Made by a program: the position numbers and the translations under genes. A DNA stretch of 64,000 nucleotides. Origin: a virus. Of the stretch, positions 22,301 through 29,603 are shown in pieces. Below the pieces are notes generated by a model, which saw only the letters and a program-made list of their open reading frames with translations, did not search any database and was not told the DNA's origin. The stretch is from positions 4,482 through 68,481 of the IMG/VR virus record IMGVR_UViG_3300020465_000011; one strand, 5' to 3'. Numbering within the stretch: position 1 is the stretch's first letter; each line of letters begins with the position of its first letter.

Positions 22301-24464
22301 TGCAGTAACTCCAGAATTTCCAGATGGTATATATCATTATCATGCAACACCAGAAGCATATCCATACTTTGTAGGTAATGAATATTACGGCGAAAAGAAT
22401 AGTAGTACAATATATGATGGAACAACAACTATAGAACCTTGGGTACCACATCAAACTAAAGCATATGATGCACATGATATTACAGCAAATGGCGGAACGT
22501 TTAGTAATGTAGATGCTGATTATACATACTTTTGGGACGGACAAGGCTTCCTTAACCAATACGAAATACATGGTAATGCACAATACAAAGTAGACTTTAA
22601 CGAAGCTGTACAAATTGCAGTACAAACAAACCCACAAGGCGTAACTACTGCAGGTGCAACTTATAGTGTAAATGCTCAAGAAACTCAACCTAGAGGACTT
22701 ACATTTAACACTGATGGTACTAAAATGTTTGTTGTTGGTGCAAGTGGTGACGATGTGAATGAATATACTCTTTCAGTAGGATTTGATTTAACTTCTACAG
22801 TAACCTTTATAGACAGTTATGCAGTTACAGAATGTCCAGATCCAACAGCAGTAAAATTTAATGCAGATGGTACAAAGATGTTTGTTACTGGTACAGGCAA
22901 TAGTAATGTTCATCAGTATGCTCTGTCAACTGGTTTTGATGTATCAACAGCAAGTTTCACCCAAACACTTGTTACCACTGTTGACACTAATAATTTTGGA
23001 CTTGATTTTAAAGATGATGGTACTAAAATGTATATCACAGGAAATGATAATGACAAGATTCATGAATACAATTTATCTTCTGCATTTGACATTTCATCAG
23101 CAACATTCAACCAAGATTTAAATGTCCAACCTACAGACATAGAACCATTTGGTATAGAGTGGAGCCCTGATGGTAAAAAATTGTTTATAGTTGGTACACA
23201 TGGAAATGGTGTAGATTTATTCAGAGTGTCTACAGCATGGAATATATCAACAGCAACACATAGTGAATTTTATAGTATAGGTGGTAATCCTTCAGGTATA
23301 CACATCAGTCCAGACGGGACAAAAATGTTTATTGTAGGTAATAATGCTGATCTAGTAAAATCATATACACTTTCATCTCCTTATGAATTTACAATAAGTA
23401 GTACTGCTACAGCAGATACTAGAAGTTTTATATACTTCAACGATGATGATAACAATGTTTATAGTAGTGTTATACAAAATACAAACAAAGACACACTTAA
23501 CGGAGCATTAACAGCTAGTGCAACTGAAATAACTGTAGCAGATGTAACTAAATTTTATAATCCAAATAATTTTGCAGTAGGAAAATACTTTGGGCCACAC
23601 GGATCCATTGGGCAGGCAAAATTTGGCGTACAAAGTATGACATTTACTAATAGTAATAATGTAGAACTGTTTACTCCTGCAATAGTTACAATGACTACAG
23701 GAGAAGTACATTTTTGGATATACATGGGCAATACAGCCACTGAATCTAGAATTATAACAACAACACAATGGGGACTAAGAAGAAGTGCCGCCGGAGCAAT
23801 AGAAGTATTTGATGCATCTGGTTCGTATGCTATTACAGGCGGTACTGGACTAAATGATTCGGCTTGGCATCATGTATCAATAGCTTGTGATGGTGATGAT
23901 TTATTAGTTAAAATTGATGGAGGATCATTATCAACTTTAGCACCCAATACAACTCAATTTACTACACCAACACATGGTGTTAGATTTGGTAATACTACTC
24001 ATCTAACAGGCACATATAGCGGAGCGGCATGTGAAGATGTATGGATAGATGCAGTACAGATTAAATCAGCAGGTGGTAATACTGCTCCTCCGGGTTCAGC
24101 AGTAACAGGCGAATTAGTATCAGAGAATTTTGAACCCATGGGTCTAACAACATTTCCTATTATGCCAGGCATTGTAACAATAGGAACAGAGCGTATCCAT
24201 TATGGAGCAGTAGACCTTACAAATAACAAATTATTATTTTGCACACGAGGTGCAGAAGGAACAAGTGCAGTAGCACATTTAAATAGTGCAGTCGCTATAG
24301 ACTGTTCATCTAATTTAAGAGTGCCAGCTCATAGACAAATTCATTTATATGGAGATAATCTATCTACTGCATACAACGATCCATCTACTAGTTTAGCTAG
24401 TGGAACAGGGGTAAGTATAGAAACTAAGTTTATTAGAAGTGCATCTCAAGGGGAATACTTCTAG
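10356..24464 (+). CDS. Giant (4702 aa) mosaic virion baseplate wedge/fibre protein
   Basis: Single ORF after gp6; N-terminal LP.Y..T..NKKFL..TLDQ and PPIDYDKF; FCCH-like, CBM5/12-like, flagellin-IN-like, cupredoxin-like, YHYH, beta-propeller and LamG-like segments. Confidence 0.8.
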   Translation: MAEDYSAKSVKAQLPGNQPGKIKKIEEIKSTEYLPQYLNTTVNKKFLQSTLDQMISKASFETIDNWVGKEKGSWYNADKDKFISTADASKRFYNGSPAFIVKNPNDTDSISEIHTYSDALDDINNLGYEGNRPNGSDFAYTYSPPIDYDKFSNFSSYYWCKDDLPVINVKPNTTWDPDSMIGQTRYKLTTSDLGDIDFLTGMKIKFAPQVTENFTSTSADKTITNATGANPVVITTGSNHGLADGELINITGVVGMTELNNKVFYIDVLSANTFALYTDSGLSTSVNGAAYTAYASGGTAKTGGKFTLANTGYSLVVVIVGTTRKTVTTHYAINGTALTFTHGNFPNNGDLVQILHFHMSDINYYGNTYIVNNVGDSIDLIQTQDENGKTVLSRMMLYSVHQPSGFDMDPLDGKPYDYTEVENRLHEYVCMESGSYDMNAWSRINQWQHYNCIVEACRLTGEDFTTYASDANRAKRPIIEFERNIILYNWGTHPGSGVKYPHHRMNVDFVTKRFTGTDIIGQTNYNLLQTVINWSSSTKYSIGDIVREAVGGSYWYFESKIENNQGLDPLDADLVVDTTNWKRVYDKGIQDNDTILFLNTGNTTYDNKVFKVSGTGSSIALQQVLDPSDNDKVHTIMGPTYPDNFNGPDLVWHNSQWNRPQQKESKGQAPNFDLFDSNNNELATYYNNNDFEGSTIFNYVINTAATEDTALGFKAKYNTSAGSSELVFEHPLVTKRFKYDLQTSPKDIRGLMYYGKRRNISDNTTNYIEGWSRAQNLDKTYYATETKVVTADDANTATFDVGSNDMQKLSDEMIFAYTNNNWYVYEKDQDTPKNYHGVPGINPNIYLFAGSTVTIRKDYDSSETDLSFVKETDGTTAAPGITVTDNGATLSVAIDSNSANYDKVCKYKASGSGSGAMGKVYIVDEDTGYAGNNNSFIQYKHTVYKNGSRTEDYTLGANSTILTSLTIGDVVELRYVPNGAKASTSNWATGIEYQHNPINTNLGEHTHADLRRHFTDKISSLPGYHDSAFGVTDYYISSKENNFGGTILQGNPGQPMSWYLKENNRNVIVGIRNVMNDYDRFKTQFANKALQVNKSGIYETTRELVNETFNQLNVGKDSSFKYASSGMCHWYNASTQEITVTDTTTVFYLDKTENVDYETNNKEDHVYVYLKDYVAADSAYVQRLLNRNEDYVLLGNKLTLNSAVTLNGGVSAVITIDHYSSKNNSFVPWSAPKLNFMKPVEPRLNTPKTLLIAHDGAKITITNSGNLYRPQETNYDVRSAVLYELEKRVAAGFPTYKDYNDVKEFNPRHPVGQKHGQGTRTQWAKHYRAVFEYWLDSNNRTYPSLVNASAVANYSNQTDADGVTLPGTEAGVIEYYCGTTEPLNSPWEMFGYRETPSWWTTYYDWKDTANGGNDAKRAALLIALAKGHYNNPADTEKTDRRYVVKQNIGNLITVAGVQQDIVTAGWATAGNTKKDFVIGDGFSAEDTFKDSSAYNFALVEAGFKNCPYTFWQTFYDPSSIVSDNVINNKTRLRPSVTDPVYGSPINKGTLDNITVTNTGNNYTSSPTVTVTGDGVGATAVAIVDSGLIKNIRITSGGYGYNNAGITITDTTGTGGKGTVTLLKNQRYRTTGLMALIWLQNIISKFSVDIHARNQLTSAQPVINVEGYTDKNIIRVRTLGNSAKSPFVMQDNDIELALHKSSAKVQLNFSAVKITKLSTGYQVTGYEPDRKYFEYFSANEGNSTTVTYGNLSTEIYDNFDLDSTPNQLNYDHTFPDLHTLANFMAGRTEWLISKGIQSFNFRGVVNNLLEWATTASINDVHFGHGTNSILFKDSLDRFLDSIFSTNKTLLVEDRTETSLTRESELSNIKAIRDELGATIYTESGANILRMNANFVQWEHVIVLENKTTFNDSVYRPDLGMGFDSYKLEGRRTINWKGEPSTKGYLIETTGLKSNYDSSVREVEDDYFVIDSNALNKQKRKIAQTSIGYNKPEWANSLPVSEDNTFDWYRSAIATKGTKENLTALRRHNEVVNPLTDSFNINDQWLFKTSDFAGNNKSYIEMEFSDDLVNVNPQGIKLSNDGNADTLNDEIITMQQNDKRMITKLSTPNQFTLGNNYYYQTDSTYTEFNSWLKNAGYPLMTEIDEQALTINDIPALYDSTKDYATVGAWDNTVSYKLGDKVRYQDKVYECNVAATGYQTTTNPITWNGTVNNPVILPGNTLVIDGNTINLTNSVTTVTYNNIEVTSNASPVVNGGDTLILDGATVTFAKSSTTTTYPDFAVAGSTVNPTIQGSATATLIINGTTINFNETVATTVNRDWTYCVGDQFTSASSTSVTAADRITAWTNLRSSLQSVYGNAQTRTKLDTYLNTSEAGFDTSVLVTEHGATGNATLQGHILTFLTQDVTIINEKAGTSYVTADVLSGSTPVNATDEQTTQTAFNLSSYTDDIHNWLIASANDSTAISGTIIVMSEAGTAYKLYSAADIVSRITAGAPTNATASLVSNQLTITRINRIVSDKDLLIGPGTANAEVDNAATTFPSSGTLTHTGSENTTTSTTAALTVAEVVQQINDAGINNIGAILFDTNKVKVTKTTSSSDPNLTVAGTAVTDLSGGFTTGTLTATTTTSTSQASLSVGLVAQKINDASITGITASVVNNRIVIKSTNTTGTMTSTQAALDLGINTNILSVTRNATTSTGTNTFTIGNWTEIDEPLLEYIWVADDTGLGYTSINSTITAKFNGWNVFKVMDLDLYATKICAATTTGTGNDAELSCNKAHNLQNGDIVMLLNTNSKPAIDGFHTVTSIDSASTSKFFIDQFIDQDASFSKILVLRPVRFTTDAQRDAAVTATTHYEFPLGDLAWVDGTAQFTVYKKDTSTAWTVKRTQGDNHVAPTTIQSSILHDQTSVLAEAEAYDPFKGIIPGLADKEITFKSINDPAIYTSSTDTTAQINQQQAWGNNYLGSVWWDTNKAIYIDYEQDSIEYRTQYWGTLFKGATIDVYEWTRSDATPDTYAESVAGGKELNGEVLTGEVYKEIDTFGNELYYYTEVDEYDSTVGGNVTYYYFWVKNKTSIPTGTNRVTSVLNIANLISNPTSQNIKWLNASGKDSFIVSNLRNDTNEQTVLQISNISNEDNTHTHWTPIIENDTAVPEYYHRRLKDGLRGSNENKKLKTFKGEYSNATTYTKGQVISIDAPIPALEIGVATKGTTARFYQRGHNETFTVNGSQLNNGQLLTLQRGKTYIFDQNDSTNLTHPLVISPTLDAKHQSLSYYDSTTIGVQYYLNGGEVSLATYNSAINNPANIDDKKITFKPDENTPNTLWYGCYNYTAMGSELYIINEERDESPSYYMSLMDSNLNYMPQTNRSAWRRIYNVSNVDEIEEEIQIPEERMVPDLDLHPYDRVGESIRPSRSWFTYKNISRREIVNKLNNLLLNTNLVDTVPEYKTYLDVTISQGSKDYVVSNYWENVDWYHKDFDKFIQPNREVTEITPLLTSGDASQLAGNYDNEYILAKNVLHTDGIKRDSIFKYDTTNSKWVPIWKEKGTIQLSDELWDPVSGGYGFDSAGFDNEGFDPDPIHEFSKILDCFRDNILSQADYNRVWFSGIYDAVKEMPNSEWIKKSTYIVPKLNKQVNTTGRIGYDAVPILEEYIDKNKPFTSKYKVNPSLFQDEKTVMDRGSAVITEHSRNMAITEKVEEHTDNQFSERLGGTAVVAHAPLPFNDLDIIKTFNSVDHTITRNPIITSWEQQYQQYVVTLANSISETEHLVGVIADVEKVAWDSDYVYVRTSGLTDHTGGPGYTVAPDTEGVVKDQRPANPKQFNWKFVRTPKVASSKPLRGSGPIGALTNGVAIFSPQDYEQTSTGSIYYRNEGYLRRNKMDANNGTSWSSKGSYEPTVSGLYYHFDMPNEYRQLESSTKHSPLIGWALDGYPIYGQYGFTNADGTGAILKMTSSYVLKSGARTGLGAPAGNYDGSYTADYIYDGSGTLDQYNGRFAVTPEFPDGIYHYHATPEAYPYFVGNEYYGEKNSSTIYDGTTTIEPWVPHQTKAYDAHDITANGGTFSNVDADYTYFWDGQGFLNQYEIHGNAQYKVDFNEAVQIAVQTNPQGVTTAGATYSVNAQETQPRGLTFNTDGTKMFVVGASGDDVNEYTLSVGFDLTSTVTFIDSYAVTECPDPTAVKFNADGTKMFVTGTGNSNVHQYALSTGFDVSTASFTQTLVTTVDTNNFGLDFKDDGTKMYITGNDNDKIHEYNLSSAFDISSATFNQDLNVQPTDIEPFGIEWSPDGKKLFIVGTHGNGVDLFRVSTAWNISTATHSEFYSIGGNPSGIHISPDGTKMFIVGNNADLVKSYTLSSPYEFTISSTATADTRSFIYFNDDDNNVYSSVIQNTNKDTLNGALTASATEITVADVTKFYNPNNFAVGKYFGPHGSIGQAKFGVQSMTFTNSNNVELFTPAIVTMTTGEVHFWIYMGNTATESRIITTTQWGLRRSAAGAIEVFDASGSYAITGGTGLNDSAWHHVSIACDGDDLLVKIDGGSLSTLAPNTTQFTTPTHGVRFGNTTHLTGTYSGAACEDVWIDAVQIKSAGGNTAPPGSAVTGELVSENFEPMGLTTFPIMPGIVTIGTERIHYGAVDLTNNKLLFCTRGAEGTSAVAHLNSAVAIDCSSNLRVPAHRQIHLYGDNLSTAYNDPSTSLASGTGVSIETKFIRSASQGEYF

Positions 24465-24466
24465 AC

Positions 24467-24472
24467 TAAATA
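24467..24472 (+). promoter_or_regulatory. T4-like late promoter core TAAATA
   Basis: Intergenic, upstream of the 24494 structural gene. Confidence 0.5.
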
Positions 24473-24493
24473 CATATGAATAGGTGTTAGGAA

Positions 24494-25087
24494 ATGTTTA
24501 AAGATAAAACAACAATACAAGTTGATGGGCATGTGCTAATAAAAGACGTCGATACAGACGAAGTTCTTTTAGATCAGCATAATGCTATTAACTATGAAAA
24601 TATAAGTCAAGCTATAGTTAGGTTGCTGGCGAATCAGCAAACTACAGGCAAACACGATTTTATAAATTTAATGCACTTCGGAAACGGAGGCAGTAGCGTA
24701 GATGGTGGTGGTACTGTAACTTACCTATCCCCTAACACTAATAGTGCCACAGGAGTTCTACACAACAAAACATTTGAAAAGATCGTTGACCCAAATGATG
24801 CAGGTGTTGATACAAGCACAACAAACACTATGACAACTGCCCATACGGCAGGAAATCTATACAGTGATTTAATTGTAACTTGTACATTAAATTATAGTGA
24901 ACCTGGTAGCCAAGATGCATTAGATAATTCAGCTAATCAAAATGGTACATACATTTTTGATGAATTAGGTTTGTATTCAGCGACAGGTGCTTTAATAACA
25001 CACATCATATTCCACCCTATTCAAAAATCGGCCAACAGACAGATACAAGTAATCTATACTGTTAGAGTCAGAGCGGGAGCATTTTAA
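24494..25087 (+). CDS. Virion structural protein (baseplate/tail collar-like)
   Basis: GHVLIKD...HNAI, FGNGG, FDELGLYS...LITHIIFHPIQKS.NR...YT.R pattern. Confidence 0.65.
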   Translation: MFKDKTTIQVDGHVLIKDVDTDEVLLDQHNAINYENISQAIVRLLANQQTTGKHDFINLMHFGNGGSSVDGGGTVTYLSPNTNSATGVLHNKTFEKIVDPNDAGVDTSTTNTMTTAHTAGNLYSDLIVTCTLNYSEPGSQDALDNSANQNGTYIFDELGLYSATGALITHIIFHPIQKSANRQIQVIYTVRVRAGAF

Positions 25088-26169
25088 TGGCATATAGCAT
25101 TAACTATAATGATACCAGCTTAGAGCCTACTCCGATTACCGTTGCAGACGCTACAGTAAACACGGAAACAAGTATTAAGTTGGTCGGAAAAAACTATACA
25201 AATCACGGAGAAATCTTTAATGAGAATTTTCTAAGACTATTAGAAAATTTTGCAAGTGAAACCGACGGAGATTCTCCAGGCACACCAACAGGTGCCGTAC
25301 GTGGACAGCTTTGGTATGATGCCACAGCCCACGCAGTAAAATTTTATGACAACAGTCAATGGTATCCATTGGCTACAATGAAAACAGGAACAGCTACACC
25401 AGCCGACGGTAGTGAACCACATCAGCCTGGAGATTTATTTTTCCATACTAGTGAAGAGCAACTTTATGTTAGCCAAGGCACTAGTTGGTTACCAATTTCA
25501 ACAGGTGGTTCAACTAGTGTAAAGAGTAGAACACGATATGATACAGGTGGCAATACACATAAAACATTAGAATATGTTGTTAATGCCGTAATTGTATGTA
25601 TTGTTGTACAAGACACAACAAGTTGGGCACCAATGGCGGCAGGTGCAAACACAGAATACCTAGAAGATGGTGCAACATTGTTAAACACACAATTTGCAAA
25701 CTTACAAGCTGGTATTAATATGAATTCAACTACGGACTTTAAGTTTCGTGGTATAGCCACTACAGCAGAATACGCTGACGTAGGTGAAAGATATCATGCA
25801 GACAAACAATATGACGCAGGTACTGTAGTTAAAATTGGCGGTGAGCATGAAATAACAGAAACAGACGTTGCACTAGACGGCGAAGTATTTGGTATTATAT
25901 CTACACAACCAGGTATAGAATTAAATTCTGGTGCAGGACCCGATGAAACACATCCATTTGTTGCTATTGCAGGTCGTGTGCCTGTTAAAGTAATCGGACC
26001 AGTGCGTAAAGGTCAAAGACTAGTTACATCAGAAGTAAATGGTGTAGCAAGAGCTCCTCAAGATCACGAAGGCGAACGCGATGATTGGTATAGAGTAGTA
26101 GGCAGAGCATTGGAAAGCAAAGACTCCGAAAGTGTCGGAATGGTAGAAGTAGTAGTCGGGAGAATGTAA
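25087..26169 (+). CDS. Tail fibre protein with C-terminal chaperone/autocleavage (Peptidase_G2-like) domain
   Basis: LVGKNY..GE..NENF..LLENFA, GQLWYD; C-terminal YADVGERY...GIIST.P...VAIAGRVPVKVIG...KGQRLVTS. Confidence 0.75.
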   Translation: MAYSINYNDTSLEPTPITVADATVNTETSIKLVGKNYTNHGEIFNENFLRLLENFASETDGDSPGTPTGAVRGQLWYDATAHAVKFYDNSQWYPLATMKTGTATPADGSEPHQPGDLFFHTSEEQLYVSQGTSWLPISTGGSTSVKSRTRYDTGGNTHKTLEYVVNAVIVCIVVQDTTSWAPMAAGANTEYLEDGATLLNTQFANLQAGINMNSTTDFKFRGIATTAEYADVGERYHADKQYDAGTVVKIGGEHEITETDVALDGEVFGIISTQPGIELNSGAGPDETHPFVAIAGRVPVKVIGPVRKGQRLVTSEVNGVARAPQDHEGERDDWYRVVGRALESKDSESVGMVEVVVGRM

Positions 26170-27282
26170 GTGGCAATCGGCGCCGGAAATAGTATTACAG
26201 CAACAGATTTTAATGCATTAGTCGTTCAAGTAAACAAATACTGGGGAGATAATGTGCCTTCTGCGGCCGTAGGCGATGCTGATAAAACCTTACATAAATT
26301 TGGCTGGGGACAAACACACGCTCTTGAACTGACAGGCACAGATGATAGAGTTGCGGCGACTGAAACTATTGAAGCAAAACATTTTAATCAATTAGTAGCA
26401 AGAGCAAACGCTTCAGGTTTACATGTAGGGATGTCAACAAACTTAACTTATAAAGTTATTGACAATAATGTAACTGCGGCAGACGGTACAACAATAGAAA
26501 CAAGATTTGGTGCTAGTGGTATTGATGCAGAAACTGATGCTAGAAGTGCCGCAATATTAGGATATCATGTTGTTGGTGCAGGCAACTCTAATGCAAATGC
26601 ACTAGGTACAATTACACGTGCCGCAACATGGAGAGAAGTACTACTATCAGAACAAACTGTTACATTTACAAACTATACTAAAGCTCGTTACTTTTTTAAT
26701 AGCGGTGGTAGTATTACATTAAGTTGGGATATCACTGGTGCAAGTGGAGCAGAAACAGAAAACTGGGACGCTAACTTAGCCGGAATGGGAACTATACACT
26801 TTTTAGCAGATGATGTTGTTAATAGTGGTACTGGAGGTTATTCTGTACCTAACGTAGGATTTTATGGATTAACAACAAGTTATCAGTTATGTTACAGTTA
26901 TAGTTTTGGAGATGGAGTAGGAACAGGTACATTTAACTCATCTGCATTTAGTGGAGGTGATGTTAATGTTGGAGCTCAAGCATCTGAACGAGGTGGTTAT
27001 TTAAGTGCAGGAACTTATGCAATTAACAGAATATCTATATATGCAAAATACAGTAGTTCAGGTGAACAAGTAGATATAAGAGCAATATTACAAACACCAG
27101 ATGATGGCACTCAAATTAATGGTACATTAACTCAAAGTTTAGGTTATACTATTGCAAGTAATCAAACAGGTAGTGGTGGAGCCGGCGGAGCGGCCGCAAA
27201 TGTTACATTTAATGTAAGTGGTAATGCACCAACTAGTCATTCATTTACAAATGAATTAACAACTGGTGGTGATGACTATTAA
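26170..27282 (+). CDS. Virion structural/fibre protein
   Basis: GTG start; ITATDFN, GWGQ, ARYFFNSGG.I motifs; Gly/Thr/Ser rich. Confidence 0.6.
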   Translation: MAIGAGNSITATDFNALVVQVNKYWGDNVPSAAVGDADKTLHKFGWGQTHALELTGTDDRVAATETIEAKHFNQLVARANASGLHVGMSTNLTYKVIDNNVTAADGTTIETRFGASGIDAETDARSAAILGYHVVGAGNSNANALGTITRAATWREVLLSEQTVTFTNYTKARYFFNSGGSITLSWDITGASGAETENWDANLAGMGTIHFLADDVVNSGTGGYSVPNVGFYGLTTSYQLCYSYSFGDGVGTGTFNSSAFSGGDVNVGAQASERGGYLSAGTYAINRISIYAKYSSSGEQVDIRAILQTPDDGTQINGTLTQSLGYTIASNQTGSGGAGGAAANVTFNVSGNAPTSHSFTNELTTGGDDY

Positions 27283-27293
27283 TAGATATACAC

Positions 27294-27322
27294 TTGACAA
27301 ATTAATTATATAAGTATATAAT
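27294..27322 (+). promoter_or_regulatory. Consensus sigma70 promoter TTGACA-N17-TATAAT
   Basis: TTGACA 27294-27299 and TATAAT 27317-27322; AAGGAG RBS at 27338-27343. Confidence 0.8.
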
Positions 27323-27349
27323 AAACATGCAAACTCCAAGGAGAAAGCT

Positions 27350-27697
27350 ATGGATAAACGCTTAGAACAAGCATTAGATTTTGCAAATTACAGAGCTACT
27401 ATTGCAAATCAAAAAACTAACTTAAAAAATCGTATTGCAACTTTAAAAGTATGTCATTATGGTGGATCTCAATTTACAGCTAATAAAACTAATATAGCAT
27501 ATATTAGGACCTTAATAGATCTAGGATATAAAGAAGCTGTAGTAGAAGATGATAAAAACAATCCAATTGAAGTAACAGATCTTCAAGCATTATTAGATGA
27601 TTTAACTAGTGCTAATCATGCCGCGATGAATGAATACTTAATGGAACATAAGAAAATTAATAAAGCAAGAGGCTTAAAAACTATGATGGACTGGTAG
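27350..27697 (+). CDS. Hypothetical protein (possible tail fibre assembly factor)
   Basis: Strong RBS, helical protein following fibre genes. Confidence 0.6.
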   Translation: MDKRLEQALDFANYRATIANQKTNLKNRIATLKVCHYGGSQFTANKTNIAYIRTLIDLGYKEAVVEDDKNNPIEVTDLQALLDDLTSANHAAMNEYLMEHKKINKARGLKTMMDW

Positions 27698-27882
27698 TGG
27701 CTACACCAGAAGATATACCAGAAACAATAATATATGTAGACACAGATAGAGTTTGGTGTATGGGAGAAGCAATGGATCACCCCAAAGTATACTATACTGT
27801 ACCAGATGAAGGTTTTGTAGTATGTGGTTACTGTGATATCAAATTTGCTAGAAAGAAACAAGATGCAGATAAAAGGAAGTAA
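27697..27882 (+). CDS. zf-CHCC zinc-finger protein (NDUFS6-like)
   Basis: VWCMG...DHPKVY...VCGYC = C-H-C-C pattern. Confidence 0.8.
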   Translation: MATPEDIPETIIYVDTDRVWCMGEAMDHPKVYYTVPDEGFVVCGYCDIKFARKKQDADKRK

Positions 27883-28756
27883 AGGCACCTGCTTTATTGC
27901 ACTCAATAATAGAGAGTTAGACTATATAAATTTTGCAGTTTTTGCCGCCAATCAAGTTAAAAAACATTTTAAAAAACATAAATCAACTGCATTAATAACT
28001 GATTATGCAGGAGAAGGATATCTCAAAAGTGTATATTCAAAAGAAGAAATAGATGAAGTGTTTGATCATGTTATTATTGATCAAACAAAATATACTGAAA
28101 CAGATAACATGAGAAATCATCATGATTCTCCATGGACAGAATTCGAAGCACCTTTTAAAAATAGACAAAAGCACGATGTGCATTGGCAATCGCCATTTTC
28201 AAAAACAATATTATTAGACATAGATTATATTGTACAATCAGACGCTTTAGAATATTTGTTCAATGATGATAACCCACATCAGATACAAATGTTTGAAAAC
28301 GCAAAATATTTACGATATGATTTTCCACCTCCTCCAGAACGTTATCTACATGAAAATGGTATACCATTATGGTGGAGTACTGTAGTTTATTTTACTAAAA
28401 GCAATGAAGCTCAGTTATTTTTTAACCTATGGAGCCACATAGCAGATAACTATGATTACTATAAATTTTTATATGGATTTCCTGGAAAATTATTTAGAAC
28501 TGATTATTGTGTAAGTATAGCATTACATATTTTAAATGGTATGCAAGAAGGCGATTTTGCTTATCCTATAGTGGGACATCTTCTTAATATGGATCAGAAA
28601 GACGTTATCATTGAAAGCAAAAATCCGGAAAACTATCACTTCTTAGCATTTGATAGAGCAGAACCATGGAAAAATCTATTAGTACATACACATAATCAAG
28701 ACATACATATAATGAATAAACGTAGTCTAAACGAAGCAATGAATAATTGGGAATAA
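27863..28756 (+). CDS. GT-A fold glycosyltransferase-like protein
   Basis: SPFSKTILLDIDY (DxD), WSTVVYF, FRTD, H..NK; ATG at 27863 preferred over 27824. Confidence 0.7.
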   Translation: MQIKGSKGTCFIALNNRELDYINFAVFAANQVKKHFKKHKSTALITDYAGEGYLKSVYSKEEIDEVFDHVIIDQTKYTETDNMRNHHDSPWTEFEAPFKNRQKHDVHWQSPFSKTILLDIDYIVQSDALEYLFNDDNPHQIQMFENAKYLRYDFPPPPERYLHENGIPLWWSTVVYFTKSNEAQLFFNLWSHIADNYDYYKFLYGFPGKLFRTDYCVSIALHILNGMQEGDFAYPIVGHLLNMDQKDVIIESKNPENYHFLAFDRAEPWKNLLVHTHNQDIHIMNKRSLNEAMNNWE

Positions 28757-28757
28757 T

Positions 28758-29603
28758 ATGAGTCACGAAGAAAAACAAGGCTGGTTAATTAATGCAGGTA
28801 ATAACACACAATCTTATTATCAAGCGGCCGCCGTTGCAATGTTAATAAAAATACACAGCAAATTATCTGTTGCTGTGATTATAGATAAAACAGAAAATTG
28901 GCCAAGCGAATATAACGATTGTATAGATTACATAGTAGAATATCCATTTGGAGATTTAGATTATTCAAAACAATGTCCTCAAATAAATCAGTATCAATTT
29001 TATCATATTACACCGTTTGCAGAAAATATTGTAATTGAAGCAGATACGTTAGTATTAAGTGATGTAGATTATATAGTATCTCTATTAGACTCAAATCATG
29101 TTAATATTTTATTTCCTATACAGGTAACAGATTTTAGAGCTAAACCATATATACCATTGCATGTTTTAAACTTTCCAGAAAATAAAATAGAAATTGCACA
29201 TGCAGGAATATGGCTTTTTAATGCAAATAAAGAATCCTTAGATTATTTTAAAATGTTAGATATAGTATGTCACAACTGGAGAGAATTGTTTAAAGAATAT
29301 TTTAGACCAGAACACGTACCAGAATATCCAGAGTTAGATGCAATGCATAGTGTTACACTAAAAATGTTAGACGAATATGAATCATCTACAGTTAATGATC
29401 CTTTACTACTAAGCTATTCACATCTAATTAGTAAACCAGATCAAAAATGGAATGATCAAATGAATACTTGGTATACTAATAACTTTAAAGTAGATAACTA
29501 TAGACAAAATGGAATTGTCAAATACACAGAACCAAGTGTAATTACAGGAACTATATTAAATGGAATCAGAGCCCATCATAGAAGTGCCAATAGAACCAGT
29601 TAA
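28758..29603 (+). CDS. Glycosyltransferase-like paralog with degenerate DxD
   Basis: TPFAENIVIEADTL aligns with SPFSKTILLDIDY of the upstream gene. Confidence 0.6.
   Translation: MSHEEKQGWLINAGNNTQSYYQAAAVAMLIKIHSKLSVAVIIDKTENWPSEYNDCIDYIVEYPFGDLDYSKQCPQINQYQFYHITPFAENIVIEADTLVLSDVDYIVSLLDSNHVNILFPIQVTDFRAKPYIPLHVLNFPENKIEIAHAGIWLFNANKESLDYFKMLDIVCHNWRELFKEYFRPEHVPEYPELDAMHSVTLKMLDEYESSTVNDPLLLSYSHLISKPDQKWNDQMNTWYTNNFKVDNYRQNGIVKYTEPSVITGTILNGIRAHHRSANRTS

Noticed and set aside
22660-23390. DNA tandem repeat
   Set aside because: The repetition is at protein level (propeller blades, DGTKMF) with diverged codons
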